This document shows, in pieces, positions 38,746-53,415 of a stretch of DNA of 64,000 nt; within the stretch, counting starts at the first letter, position 1; each line of letters begins with the position of its first letter. The position numbers were made by a program, and so were the translations under genes. Where the stretch lies: NCBI RefSeq assembly GCF_009914755.1, contig NC_060926.1, one strand, 5' to 3'. The notes under the pieces are model-generated. The model had not been told where the DNA came from and searched no databases. It saw only the letters and a list, made by a program, of their open reading frames with translations. Origin of the DNA: the human T2T-CHM13v2.0 reference genome, Homo sapiens.

Positions 38746-39049
38746 ATTCATGCTCAGTAAGGCTCAGATATCCTGGAGCAAATCAAAAGATAAACCATCT
38801 ACAAACAACTGAACATTTATCAGGAGCCTTTCATCTCTCCAAAAGTCCAAGTTGTTTTCCTGGTACAGAGATTCGCGCGTGTGTGTGTGTGTGTGTTTGT
38901 TTTCTAGGCATACAGTTGTATGTTTAATTCAAAACTTACACATTTTCAAACAGAAAATGATAGAAAACCTGAATCTTCCCCTTTTAAATACAAAAGAGAT
39001 GATTCACCATTCTGTCACATTCTCCCTCCAAGTAACCTCATTGTGTGTT

Positions 39050-40830
39050 TGTCATTCCTTATGTTAGTCATTAGTGCTCACATGCTGTCTCTATAAAATT
39101 ATGCATATGATCCTCAGTTTTTGATTACATACGTTTTATCTTCCTGAATGAGGAGGTTAAATTCTTAGAATAATATGTACCGAAAAATTATTTTGCCATC
39201 AGCAATACCTTGTGAATGCCTTGCTATCATTCACATAGCATATACATCTTAAATAAATTATCCTATAGAATTTTAATGCAAAAGTGAAATATAAGATCCT
39301 AAAAAGACCAAGTGAAAGAAAAAGTTGTATATATGTAGGCTACATATTTACACTCAGCATTAGCTAAAGATTACTGATCTTTCACTAGTTGCAGAAACAA
39401 CTGTACCCTATGCATGGTGTGGAATAATGTATGCAATCATATAGGATCTCAGGAGAGGGTACTTAATTATTCAGAAAGTTGATGTTTATGCATACTGAGA
39501 AGCAAGATAACAAGACACAATAAATTTGATTAACTTTTTATCTTTCTGCTTTGGAGCAAAATATATGTGCAAGGAGTGAAGATAAAAAACTCAGAATCAA
39601 ATTAATGTATGAGTTTGGGAAGTGAAGCAAAAACTGAAATAAGCCATTTCTTTTAGTTTTTTTTAATGGGGACAATTTGAAGGCATTAATAAAATTCAAG
39701 AATATTTAATTATTTCATCTACCAATAATGTACTATATCTAACTATTAGCCAGTGTTATATTACAACTACTCTTGGAGACACAAAGATGACTAATCATAT
39801 CTGATTTCCAGGAAGTGACAAAGCATTAGGGAGAAAAAATAAAAGCATTTCACATGTAAGTGAGGTAATAAGTTACATTCAGCAAGCCAGTAACATTATT
39901 AAAACTTATTTTTTAAGAAATTACTTACAAAGCATCATGGTGAATATATAGGAAAGTGGAATTCTAGGCAAATAAAACACATATAAGTCTATTGCAATAA
40001 TCCTGACAAAAGATGGTAAAGACAGTGATATTAGAGAAAGAGGTATGTTTTAGAGATATCTTTGAAAGGAGGTACCCTCCCGAATGTCAGAATAAGAGAA
40101 AATAAGGATGTGGATTTTCTCTGATTTCTGTTCTGAAGGAAGAAATATGCAGTGAAGGAAAAGATGCAAGGAACTGTGGTAATTTAGTTTTGCGCAGGCT
40201 AAAATTCTTAGTAAAGTCCACAAGTCACCCTTTGAACTGACCCCCCAACTCCTCTCCAGGGTCAGGTCCTCTTTCTCCATCACACTCCAGGCTAAACAAG
40301 TACTCTTCCTTTCCAAAAATATATCATACTATTTCATTCCTATGAGAGATCACCCTCACTCATGCACCTAGAGAAGTCACACCTATCCTCACAACTCAGT
40401 CTGAAAGTTACTTCATTCAACATTCTTCTCTGAACTTTCAATATTAGGAAATATATCATACCTTAAATTTCTTTGTGTATGTCTATTCTCTCAAAACAGC
40501 ATGCTTTACAGGAGTAAGGTTTGCTTTTTATTCATTTTAGTATCCCCAATCTCTTGTATAATTGTATCCACAGATATTTTTGAGTTGGTATGACTGATTA
40601 ATGAATTGTTTAAGATAGGTTGGCCAACTGAAAAAAAAAATTAAGACAATAAGAGAGGTACAAATGAGCTCATAAGAGGTCAAATTAGAGAGCTTCCCAT
40701 GGCTGCTGGGAATAATCATGAATGGTTTCATGGAGGATCTTGTTAGTAAGTTGGTAGTGCCTGGTAAAATTTTTAGGGTGATTACTTCACTTAGAGGAAA
40801 AGGACTAAGCAAGTATGAATACCAACATAC
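39050..40830. mobile_element. Cluster of decayed L2 fragments in both orientations
   Basis: L2-type motifs (acactccaggctaaac; atgctttacaggagtaaggtttgc; aatggtttcatggagga). Confidence 0.45.
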
Positions 40831-41882
40831 TCAAAGAAATATAGGACAATGATACAGGCTTTTGATATTTACAAAGTTTGCATCTGATATCTGATAAGTA
40901 AGAATCTCATAATTTTCTAATTTATTATATACATCAGGTTAATGGAGATTTGAAACATTATCACTGTGCAATAAAGACAGTAAACTCAACTCATGTCTCC
41001 ATAAAAACTATGTGCATGTGTGTATGTATAAAATATTATATACATAATATTAACTTTAATATAAAGATTTTTTTAAAAAAAGCAGTGTAAGCATACAGTA
41101 CTAGGTTTTTGTTTTGATAGTAATCTAAAGAGACATTTGAAGCATCTTGAACTTGTTCCAGTATTGTTTGGGTTATTCATATCTGTATCTATTGTGTGCT
41201 TGTGTGGGTGGGTGGGAGAGGGTAGATTAGTTTATATTTCCTTAATTTCCAAGTTCTAGAAAAAAGCTCTTTAATATGCTTTCGGAACAATACAGATGAG
41301 GCAGAGCACAGCAGAACAAAACAATCAATTTCCCAGATAACTTTGTGAAAGAGGAAATAATGTTTCATAACCAACACTAAATTAACAAAGTGCATGAGGC
41401 CTTTGAGTCTAAAACTTTTAATGAGGAGGCTGATTTACAAGAATGTTGAAGTTGGTCAAGATATTATCTCTGATCTCCTTTGAATTACAGATTAAAACAA
41501 TAATTAAATACTTATGAAAAGTGCTTAATTAGCTGTCCTGAAATTCTAAAATATTTCAGTTGTTGACTAGAAAATTGTGTTTATCAAGGATTGCAGCTGC
41601 AGATTCAGTGGACCTGAACTCCTTTCTCTGGTTTTCTCAGGGCACAGTTTTTCCCCCCTCTGGTGGTATGATATACCTATTCAAGATTACAAATAGCTAA
41701 AATAGTGTCATTAACATGTCAACATGTAGACTTAAAATACGCTATAAGATATTGCTTCATTAGGCTATACAGACCTTGTTGAAATTACTATGTCTAGGAA
41801 ACAAAATTTTAAGAATATGAGAAATCAAAGCCCAGTGATGTTTTAAGACAATTACCTCATTTTTGTCATTATAGCAATCCCT

Positions 41883-42164
41883 TATTTATTTATTTATTTA
41901 TTTATTTATTTTTGAGACGGAGTCTTGCCATCTTGGCTCACTGCAACTTCCACCTCCCAGGTTCAAGCAATTCTCCTGCCTCAGCCTCCCAAGTAGCTAG
42001 GACAACAGGTGCGCGCCATGATGCCCAAATAATTTTTTTTATTTTCAGTAGAGAGTGTGTTTCACCATGTTGGCCAGGATAGTCTCGATCTCTTGACCTT
42101 GTGATCTGTCCGCCTCAGCCTCCCAAAGCGCTGGGATTGCAGGCATAAGCCACCACACCCGGCC
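41883..42164 (-). mobile_element. AluSc-like with (TATT)n tail and a ~30-bp internal deletion in the right arm
   Basis: gagacggagtcttgc|catcttggctc lacks tctgtcgcccaggctggagtgcagtgg; tctcgatctcttgacc motif present; TSD-like ccttattta. Confidence 0.9.
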
Positions 42165-43074
42165 ACCTTATTTACTTTTAGAAACATAATGTATGATAAG
42201 CTAAGCTAAGGAAGAAGGCATACGTGCATACTCAGTTTTTCCAGTGTCTCAGTTAATGCTAGATTGTAAATTGCATGAAAAAGATACAGGATCTGCCATT
42301 TAACCATTGGACACTAATGCCTTTCTCTCTTGACAAATATTTATTGAATAAAGGTATAAGTAAACTATCATTTACTAAGTTGTTAACAAAAATGAACTCT
42401 TAGAAACATGTAATATCTATTATATAGAATTACGTTGACTTAGAACAGATGAGAAAGTGGTATTTGAAAAACAAATCATAAATTAATTTGATTTATCTTT
42501 TTTTTTAACCAACACAAGAGTTTCTTTTTATTATTGTGTATGTGTGTGGTTGTGTACGATGTGCTAAACCTTTGTTATGTATAATATTGAACCATTTCTT
42601 TATATAACATGGTATTTTGAAAACAATCTTAACTATGCTGCTTTTATACTAATTATATGTCGTATTTCAGAGAAAAGATTTTTTTTCTCCAAAATTCATT
42701 GTTATTTTGGTTCAAAGAAAATATGAGTACTTAAAACTGGCACACAAACTGCATTTGCCGCATTTGAATGTTCTGCATTAACAACCTAGCTTAGCATTTC
42801 CACTGCATGTTAAAAGATAGCAGCAATAAGCCCACCAGGGGATGAGAGAAGCTTGTTGAGGATAACAGTCCTTCTCTTCCAAATTCACACAGGTTTACTT
42901 CGAAATTTTAAGTGACAGTAATTTGTAATTTATGCCTCATTAACAAACATATGATAAGTAAATGAATTTTAGAAAATACTAGTAAAACAGCATTAATTCT
43001 TAAATGGGAGTCATTTTGATGTTTAATGTTTGTTTGCTATATGACCTTATGTAAGCTGGTCAAATGAGCTAAAG

Positions 43075-43590
43075 TCCATTTCTTTCATTTATTCAATCAT
43101 CCATTTATTTTTCGATTATTTAAGTATTCACACAAGCTTTAATATGCACTAGGCACTGGGCTGAGCTCTGAAGATACAAAAAAGGATTCACACCCTAGAT
43201 GGCTCACCATCAAATAAAGTAAAATTAGTGTTTGGTAATGGAAGTCTGAATAGTCATTACTGCTGGGAACAAAATAGACAGATTATAACAGAGTATAGAA
43301 TACAGAGGAGGTACTGAATTCATGACCAACTTTGTATATCTAGATAGATAAGTTTTTCACTCTGACACGCAAATTTTCTGGGCCAAGAGGAAATGGATTT
43401 TTGGCAACATGGTCAGATATGGGAACTACATGATTGATACAGGTAAGGATCAGATTATAAAGTAATTTTGACCTACCACGTAGATTTTTAATTTCAACAT
43501 GTAGGCAAGATAGCACCATTAAAAATATAAGGGGCGGAGTCAGATGATTAGATTTGCATTTTAGGAAAATAACAGGCAGCTGAAATTCCC
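43075..43590 (-). mobile_element. L2 fragment
   Basis: tttcatttattcaatcatcc...gcactaggcactgggctgagctctgaagataca ... gatttgcattttaggaaaataac. Confidence 0.6.
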
Positions 43591-45109
43591 GACAAGGAAA
43601 AGGCAAACTCTCTGTCGAACAGAAGGTGTAAAACTTACAGTGGACCTACTTCTTGGGCTTCAGTCATTTCCACTGATATGGACTCTAATCTCTCTGGAAA
43701 GCAGGAAGTGAACCAGAATGCTTATAAAGAAGTTCAGTATGTGAGTACTGACTGATACTTAGTCGTGCAGGTAGACAAGAAGCAGTTGACAAAACTGACA
43801 AAATTTGACCCTAACCTCAGAGGTGTTTTACTAGCTCAATATTAAATATTAAATATTTAACAGCTCAAGCTCAGTATTGTATTGTTACTATTATTTCAAC
43901 TATCACAAGTCACCAAGTATAACTTTATTAAAGTGGTGGAAATTTATTTTAACTGTACCATCAAAAAATAAATCTCAATTTGAAGGTGATACCTTGCATG
44001 AAATTAAACTAACCTGTCCTTTTAAGACAAGTTGAAATTTACAACCCCCATAGGCACAACACTGACCAGGTGCCACACAAGTGTTTGCCAATTTTTTGCC
44101 TCCCTTTTTTTTCTAGCCCACTGTTGCCCAGTCTCAGAATCCTAAATTATTATAGCCCTTTTTTTTTTTTTATTGCTCCTTTTTTTGCCATCTTAAGTCT
44201 GGTCTTTTTTTTTTTTTTTTTTTTGGGATTGAGTAACATAGTACATCAAAACCTAGTCATGGAATAGACAAAATTAGTTAGGGGGAAAGTAGAAGGTAGA
44301 TAAAAGAAAGGACCTAGAATATACCTTTAAAAATTTAAATATTTATGTGGCTGCTGGAGATGACTAAGCCCAAAAGAAGAAACAGGAAAAGAAAGAAGGG
44401 AACACACATAACTTATATGCCTTAAAAAATCAAGGAATGAGAGGATTTTATGATGGAACAAATAGTCATCGGTGTCAGAAACTTTTGCCAATATAAATTT
44501 AAAGATAAATTTTAAAAATATCATTATACTTAGCGATATGAAGTTGAAGGGGTGACCTTATTGATAATTGTTCTGGTAGAACAATTGGGCTTAAAATTGA
44601 CAAAATGTGAGGAAATAGAAACAGAGACTTACATATAAAGGGAAAGAGTTAGGTGGGACTATAGCAAAAGATGAATGAGAAGTCTAAAATAATTTTTTTA
44701 GCTTTTGTTATTTAAAAAAGGGCAAAATATAAAAGGATGAGATTAAATATGGAAGAAAGAAAAGGTATAATCACAAATATAAGTTTACTGTAAAGGGCAA
44801 AAGAGAAAGAATATCATATTTGAATGCATACATTTTAGAGAATAGAAGGAACAGAAATTTGGATAGTGAGGATTTAGATATATTAAATTGCAGTATTGAT
44901 TATAGTATAGTTGATAAAATTTTGACTGATGGTATATACTTTTTCTTTAGGATAAAATAGGAGTCAAGCTCATCAAATGATAGAATGTGTGGGAGGAATG
45001 AAAAGAAATTTCTGTGCAGAAATTTTAAAATTGCTGTTTTGTAGAGTAGGAGATAAGTCTTATTTTATTTCATGCTAGATACACATTAGAATCACATCAC
45101 CCAGGGAAT

Positions 45110-45570
45110 TATTGAGTTAATATTTACACAGAATACAATGCACATATTTTAGTATATATATTTTAAAGGAGCATAACCAATACCCCAACTAAGATATGTA
45201 ACCATTTTATTACCTTAAGTTTTCTCGTTTTGCTTTCTAGTCTATCTCCCTGTCACTAGGCAATCAATATTTTTATGTTTATCACCACAGCTAATTTTTG
45301 TCTGTTCTATGACTTTCTGTAAATGGAATCATACATATATTATTTTATTCCTGTTTTTGCTCAATCGATATACTATTTTGGAAATTCTTTCATCATGGTC
45401 CATGGATCAGTAGTTCTTTTTTTTTTTTTTTTAATTGCTGAGTAATATTCCACTATGTGAACATTCCACAGTCAGACTGTCTATTCACCTGTTGATAGAC
45501 ATTTGGATTGTTTCCAGCTTTGGTCCATTATAAATAAAGCTGCTGTGAGTACACAGAAACTTTTATGTAT
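45110..45570 (-). mobile_element. L1ME/MC 3'-end fragment
   Basis: gtaaatggaatcatac...attgctgagtaatattccactatg...cctgttgatagacatttggattgtttccagc. Confidence 0.75.
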
Positions 45571-45949
45571 CACTTGTAAATGCTCATATTTTTAAGCTAA
45601 GCCAGTTATTTACAATATTTTATGTTTATTTTATCCAAAATAGTTACATATTTGTACTGAGAGAATTTTCAAGATGTGTTAGGCTACCTTCTGGGTAAAA
45701 TCACTAACTTCTTTTTTCTTTTCTGTAAATTTACATTTTTTTCTAAATGAACTATGTTTTGAAATATTTTCCATAACATTTTCTAAAAACTAGAAAGGAT
45801 ACATTACTTAAAACAGGACAATGTCTGTTTTACAAACATAACTATCAAAAATTAATATATATTAAACATCTTTCACGTGAGATAAAAATGATTTTAGAAA
45901 AGTAGTTTGTGTTTATTTGCTCCTGTCTCTTGCCTTCTCAATTACTTTT

Positions 45950-47000
45950 TTAAAAATGTAATTAAATGTATGTTAATAAGCCTCCAGGTTCATGATTAAA
46001 TAATTTTAACATCTTTTTCCATGCTCTATTTCAATGATTATTAATGAAGCTAGCATTCTATTTTGTAATATTATTTTCATGTATTTAGAATTAATTCCAT
46101 TTACAGGTTTCGGTGGTCAATGCTATTCATTAATTTCATTTTTCTGAGTCTAAAGTTCTAGAATTATTTTTATTCTTGAAGGTTTAATCATAGTTTTATT
46201 GCTTTCTTCTAGGACTAAAATTCAAAATGTATTTTATTGCTCCTTAAATCTGCCTTTTTCCCAGTGTATTTCTGCATTACCCATAACTTGACTGAGCGAA
46301 ACATGACTGTCTTATAATCTTTGCCTATTTCTGTCTTAACCCCCTCTTTTTTTGTCAATATGTTGTAGAATCTAGAATTTCAGTAAAGAAAGCAGAAACC
46401 TGACTTATGTATCCTTCTGCATTTGCAACTGCTTGTGGTTTTTTTGTTCATTTTTGTTTAATGTTCCCTCCTTTTGTAATTTTTGAAATTTTGGGGGGAT
46501 TCATAAAATTTATAATTTTATCAGCCTATGCTTATTTTTTTCCTTTTCCTTGAATTTTAACGTGGGGTCTTTACAATCTATAAATCTAATTTTCCTTCAA
46601 CCAAAGGAAAGATATTCTGTCATTTTTTTGTAAATTGTCAATATTGAACATCAACATGTTGCAAATATGTTCTGTCCTTCATATTTATTCATATATCATC
46701 ACATTTGCTTCTATATTTTTAACTGCATTTTAAGAGTTCTTGTCTTTTATCTCAGTTAACAATTTACCCTTCTGTTTTAACTGATTATATTACAGTTTTT
46801 AAATTTATAACTTATGTGTATTTATCCTTAGATTTTTTTTTTTCTTCCAGGTCTCATATGGTTTCTTGTGATTGAATCTAGTTGTTCATCTCTTGATTCA
46901 GTCTATACTTTCTTGAATTTTACTCAATTTACGTATCTAATTCTATCCAAATTTTATTTCTAATTTATATTTTTATTGCATTTTACTTCAAAGGTTAATT
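45950..47000 (-). mobile_element. Possible HAL1/L1M remnant
   Basis: T-rich, with tgttgtagaa...aaagcagaaacctgactt resembling a reversed ORF1 motif. Weak. Confidence 0.35.
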
Positions 47001-47619
47001 TTCTTCTATACATTATCATTTTCTCACCCTTCTTTTGTGTATATTTTATTACCATTGTTATTGCCAAAGAAGGGGAGAGTGGAAAAGAGAGAGAGAAGAA
47101 AAGGAAAGCTATCAATACTTTTATAGAGCAATTTGCAAGGATTGTGTTTGTAATAATCACCATCTACGTTAAATATGTTTAGTTTTTTTTTTTTTAAGGT
47201 GGCCAGATAGATTAACAGGCTGTATATGAAAGAGTCAGAATATCATTCCAGTAGAAACTCACCTTATTTCATTCTGTTAGCCATCTATACTTTATAGCTA
47301 CATAGTATTTGATATATGGAATGTGATCTATAATGTGTGGTGTAACTATGTCTACTCTTTTTTCTGAACTTGCTTCTTATCTCATCAGGTAAAGAGGTAA
47401 AGAGTTAAGAAGCCCCATGCATACAACCTTGCATTCTCTGGGCTTCCCTTTTAGATGTTTTGTTCAGCCTTGCATCCCCAGTGCTTAAAGTTTCCATTGG
47501 ATTTGTGCTATCTGTGTCACTGTCTTTCTTCTTTCCAGGTATTGCTTCTCCCAAGCAAGTTTTGTTTATAGGGCCTTGTCCAGCTCTCTACTTGTTTTCT
47601 TTGTAGTTAAAACACGAAA

Positions 47620-47830
47620 AGGTAGGATGAAATGGTTTGCACTGGAGAGTTACAAATACCTGAATTATAGTCTGTGTTTTATATGCTTATTTATTTACTG
47701 AGAAAATATGTAAGCCAGAGCAAGTTACCAAACTTCTCTGTGCTTCAATTTCACATGACCAATTTCATTCTAAACAAGAATATAAACAACCTATATTAAA
47801 ATAATGTGGAAAATCTAAGGTTTAGAATAT
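47620..47830 (+). mobile_element. MIR SINE
   Basis: gcaagttaccaaacttctctgtgcttcaatttc core. Confidence 0.6.
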
Positions 47831-47895
47831 GACCTTATTCATGTTTTACAGAGCAGCCAGGTTTTTCTTTCTCTTTTCCTTACTATCACTGTATC

Positions 47896-48267
<372 letters not shown>

Positions 48268-49212
48268 TTATACCCTGGATCTTGCAAGGATTTCCTTACA
48301 AAACCCTATTATTTTAATCCTGGGCTTTGATCCAGTGAAACTGACACTCAGCGGAAATAGCAGCATAAATAGCTACACAAAGGAATTCCAAATCGACACC
48401 AGGGTACTAACAAAAGCTAAGATTTGCTACACGTAAACTAGCATTGCTCCAGAGAGAAACGGGGGCCACAGCTCTCTTACTAACCTTCCTGCTTTCCAGC
48501 TTATTGTCCTCTTTACTTTTTTCAGAGTAATATTCAATATCTGAAATTGTTGTGGTTACTTCTTTGCCTGCCCATCATTTATCCTCTGTTTACTCAGTAA
48601 GCCTTCTAAGAATAAGGACTTTTTTCCTCTTGTTCACTGTGAAATTCTTAGCACTTACATCTCTCAAATTTTAGATGCTCATTAAATATTTGTTGAACGA
48701 ATGAATGGAATTTAACACATTATTCCCCAGAGATCAAACATGAGTGAATTTGCGCTGAGTATTATCTTTATGGTACATGTACAACTTAAAACGGTAAAAC
48801 CATTTGTTTCATGTATTTTGCCACTAAGTCCTCATAAAAATACAAAATAAAAATGAAAAAATCTGGGTAGATGACTGGAAATCTCTGTGTAGTCTGTATG
48901 GAAAACAATAGTCAAATTTTGTAATGCCACTAACATTAGAAAGCTAATGATCTGGAATAGTAAAGGAAGACAAATAGATTTTTAAAAGTGTTGGCTGAGG
49001 CAGAAAGTTTTTCAAGGTCAAACTATAAGAATGTCACACATGACACAATAAGCTTAGAAAATAATTTCACATATAAAGCAGAGATACACAGAAGGAAAGG
49101 AGATTCCTCTTTCTGTACATGGTTTGATTGTCTCCTGCAGAAATGATAGCAATTGTTAAACAACGAAGGGCAAAGAGCAGTATTTCTCACTGTGACTTCA
49201 TAATCGCCTACA

Positions 49213-49370
49213 CCAGTGATTCTCAAATGTTGATGTGCATGTGAATCAAAGGGAAATCTTAAAATGCAATTTCTATCACAGTAGGTCTTGGTAGTAGGAT
49301 TAGGACCTGAGAGTCTACTTTTTTTAACAAGCTCTCAGGTGATGTCCTTGAACTACACTTTGTATAGGAT
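49213..49370. mobile_element. MER5 (hAT-Charlie) MITE
   Basis: cagtgattctcaaa...aatc...cagtaggtct...ctgagagtctacttttttaacaagctctcaggtgatg...acactttg. Confidence 0.75.
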
Positions 49371-50048
49371 GGAACCAGTCTAGCGAATCTATTAGTGCCT
49401 TTGACAGAGTTTTTGTTTCAAAAGTTCTGCCACAGACTTCTACATATGTACACATAAACTATGCTAAATCTAGCTCAATATTAAACTGTTGAAGTTAGGT
49501 GAGGAACAAGAAGCAGGCCCAAATCAGGGACTTCTCCCGTAGACACCAAGATGTTCAGATATATAATCAAGAGTCTGCTAACTGATGACTGAAAATAGAA
49601 GCTTTCTGGACGAAGTCAAGTTCTGTTTATTTAATTCAACCAGCGATGGAAAATGGAAAAATCGAAGGACTTTGAATCTCAAAGACTTGACACACCGATG
49701 GATATTCTCTGACTATAGAATAATTAAGTCATCGCAAAACACCTATCTAGGAAATACAAATGCATTTTTGGTGAAATTGGTAAGGCTACTTTGAAGAACA
49801 ACTTGGCAATATTTATCAGGAGCCCCAAAATGCATTCCTATTATTATTTGGGGGATTCTATTCTCATGAAATTATCTTTTCACATATTTGCAAGTTCCAA
49901 ATTGAAAATTCCATTTATTAAAATTGTTCAATAAAGATTATTGATAATAGGGGAAATTGGTAAAATCATGGATGTTAAATAAATAAATGTTTAAAACAAT
50001 TATAAAATATACTTTCTATTTACTATTATTTATTCAATTGGAGAAATA

Positions 50049-51670
50049 GAGGCATACATCACAGATAGTGTGTTTTTTACAATTTGAAGGCTTGTTTCAA
50101 CCCTGCCTCAAGCAAGTCTATTAGCACCCATTTTTCAAATGCACATGCTCACTTTATGTCTCCATGTCACATTTTGGTAATTCTCACAATATATTAAACA
50201 TTTTTACTGTTACGGCTATTACGGTGATCTGTGATTAGTAATCTTTGATGGTACTTTTGTAATTGTTCAGGGTACCATGAACCTTGCCCATATGAGCCAG
50301 TGAACTTAATAGATAGATATTGTATATGTTTTGATTGCCCCACCAAATGGCTGTTTTCTCTTCTCTCTCCCTGCCCTTGGGCCACCCTGTTCCCTAAGTC
50401 AGAATAATATTGAAGTTAGGCCAGTTAATAACTCTAAAATGGCTTTTAAGCATTAAAGTGAAAAAAGAGTTGCACGACTCTTACTTTAAACCAAAAGCTA
50501 GAAATGATTAAGCTTAGTGAGGAAGGCTTGTCAAAAGCCAAGACAGGCCAAAAGCTAGGCCTCCTGCACTAGTTAGCCAAGTTGTGAATGCATGGGAAAA
50601 GTTCCTGAGAGAAATTAAAAATACTACTCCAGTGGACACGTGAATTATAAGAAAGGAAACAGCCTGACTGCTGATAACAGAGAAAGTTTTAGTGGTCTGG
50701 ATCAAAGATCAAATCAGCCATAATATTTCTTTAAGCCAAAGCCTAAGCCAGAGCAAGTCTCTAGCTCTCTTTAATTCTAGCAAAGATAGGAGAGGTGAGG
50801 AAGCTGCAGAAGAAAAGTTTAATGCTAGAAGAGGTTGCGTCATGAAATTTAAGAAAAAAGCCATCTCCATAACGTGAAAGTGCAAGGTGAAGCAGCAAAT
50901 GCTGATGTAGAAGTTGCAGCAAGTTTTCCAGAAGATGTAGAGAGAAGTCAACGCCTGGCTTCAAAGCATCAAAGCACAGGATGACTCATTTGTCAGGGGG
51001 CAATGCAGCTAGTGACTCTAAGTTGAAGCCAATGCCCATTTACCATTCTAAAAATCCTAAGGCCCCTAAGACCGATGCTAAATCTATGCCTGTGTTCTAT
51101 AAATGCAAGAACAAAGCCTTGATGACAGCCTGTCTGCTTACAGCATGCTTTACTGAATATTTAAGCCTACCGTTGAGAACTAATACTTTTAGAAAACAAA
51201 GTTTGAAAATATGACTGCTCATTGACAACGCAGCTAGTCACCCAAGAGCTCTCATAGAGATGTACAAGGAGATTGATGTTGTTTTCATACCTACTAAGAA
51301 GAGTCTATCAATGCAGCAACTTTGTTCTTCTTATTTTATGAAATTGCCACAGCCACCTCAACCTTCAGCAGACTTCACCCTGATCAGTAGCCACCAGCAC
51401 CAAGGCAAGACCCTATACCATCAAAAACATTGTGACTCATTAAAGGCTGAGATGATCCTTAGCATTTTTTGGCAATAAAGTATTTTTAATTAAGGTCTAT
51501 ACATTTTTTAGACATAATGTTATTGCACATTTAGTAGACTATAGTATAGTGTAAACATAAAACTTTTATATATCCTGTGGACCCATACAATTCATATGAA
51601 TTGCTTTATTAATATTCACTTAATTGTGGTGGTCTGGAACCAAACCTGCAATATATCTGAGGCATTCCTG
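50049..51670 (+). mobile_element. Tigger1 (TcMar-Tigger) DNA transposon, internally deleted, with transposase remnants
   Basis: Termini TA|gaggcatacatc and gaggcattcctg|TA. Body includes agctagaaatgattaagcttagtgaggaaggc and ORF pieces VWIKDQISHNISLSQSL and KLKPMPIYHSKNPKA. Confidence 0.93.
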
Positions 51671-51924
51671 TATCTAATTCAGCATCTCATCCAACTCTTC
51701 CTATAAACATTTGATTTCTGTGAGTTGAAGTTCTTTACTTTTGTACACTGGATGCTTTTCTAAGCCAACACAAATTGTGAAATATCATCAATTACAATAC
51801 GTGCTCTAAATTCAGAGCCATTTAATGCAAAAAAAATGTATTTTTTAAAGATTGATTTGTTTAATAGAATGTAGAAAGAACAAAACTAAGATCCCAAGTT
51901 TGCCTATATCTCAGCCAAAGCATT

Positions 51925-52072
51925 TATTTTTTTAATTACAAATAACAATTATCTCTCTCTATATGTGTGTACGTGTGTGTGTGTGTGTGTGTATATATAT
52001 AGTGTGGAACATGTTTTGAATTACATATATACACTGTGGAATGGCTAAGTCAAGCTAATTAATATATGCATG
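51925..52072 (-). mobile_element. L1MA 3'-end fragment with embedded (TG)n/(TA)n
   Basis: acatgttttgaattacatatatacactgtggaatggctaagtcaagctaattaa. Confidence 0.75.
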
Positions 52073-53259
52073 TATCTTAAAATTAATAAAGTACACCATA
52101 CGATAAGGTATAGGCAATAGCTACTACAAGAATTCAGATGAGAAAATGCAGCTATTGTGGGACTTGACATTCATGCAAGGCTCTAAAGAGAAAGGAAGAG
52201 GAAGGAAAAATTTGGTGATCACTGAAGCATATGAAACACAGAGAATTATTGAAGGAGGAGTGTTGAGTAAGTTATAGTCTGATTGGCAAAAAGGATTATT
52301 GAAAGGGATTTGAAGGAAAGTTTAAGCTGGAAGAAAAGCCTTGCAGAAAAACAGTTAGGTGATACCTCTTATCAGGTAAGCCCTGTACTTATGCAAGACC
52401 TTCCTGATAAGAAAGAGGGAAATGATTCATGCTTCTCTACGTATTTTGCTAATTTATAAACTGTCATTGAAATAAGACTAACAATCATTTATTAGTTTTT
52501 CCTATGAGCTGTGTATTTGAAATGGTGTTTCATTGATCCCCTTTTAAGTACTCCTCACAATACCCTGCAAGGCAAACATCTTGTAGGTTCTGCTGTGTCC
52601 TTTGCCTGGCTCTTGAATCAGTTAGAGGAACTCATGTTCTCTGCCTTCTATTCAACAATTGCTCTGTCAATGATTTAAATGTTAACTGCAACCTTATTAT
52701 TCTAGTGAAGCTTCTCTGGTCCATAAGATTGACTTAGCCTGGATCCTTTGCATCTTCATTGTACTTTATCCTCTCAAACCACACTGAGTAGTTCAGTCAG
52801 AGGATAGCAGCAAAGATAGAGAAATTCCTTGAAGATTTCTAACTGGAGCAGGAGAGGCAAAAGTCTTTCCTTTGCAAGCAGTAAAATAAACTGGCTGGAA
52901 AGAGAAGACTAGGAAGACAAGGTGCAGACAGAGCAAAATTTGTCACAGGGAGAGTATAAAATTCTTTTCAATTTTTATGCTATAGCTTTGGATCTTCCCT
53001 GATTTTTGTCTCCAGGTGGCTTAGTGTCTTATAACCCTATGATGACATAGCTATCCCAGGATTACTCAAGGTATCACTAAATAGGTGTCTTATCAATTCA
53101 TTCAAAAAATTCCAAGTCAATGTCACACTTAATAGATGAAATAAAATGACCTTGTTACAATCACCCAGCTAGTGATATTGAAGCTGAGGGTTGAAATCAG
53201 GTTTGATTGATGCCAAAGACTATGTTCTCTCCTATCTTCCAGCAACATCCAAAATAAAT

Positions 53260-53415
53260 GTCTACACTACCCAATGTGATATTCACAAGCTATGTGTAGC
53301 TACTGAGCACATGGTATAAGAACAATATAAAAAACACCTAGATTTTTAATATCATTTCATTGTAATTAATTTACATTTAAAGTCTAAAAAGTCACATATG
53401 ATTAGTGGCTCTCCC
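53260..53415. mobile_element. MER3/MER33-like hAT remnant
   Basis: caagctatgtgtagctactgagcac ... gtcacatatgattagtggct. Confidence 0.5.

Noticed and set aside
46830-47545. Strong-looking splice acceptors (ttttttcttccag|g at ~46850, tttcttctttccag|g at ~47538)
   Set aside because: No paired donor or ORF support; such motifs are common in T-rich decayed repeats.
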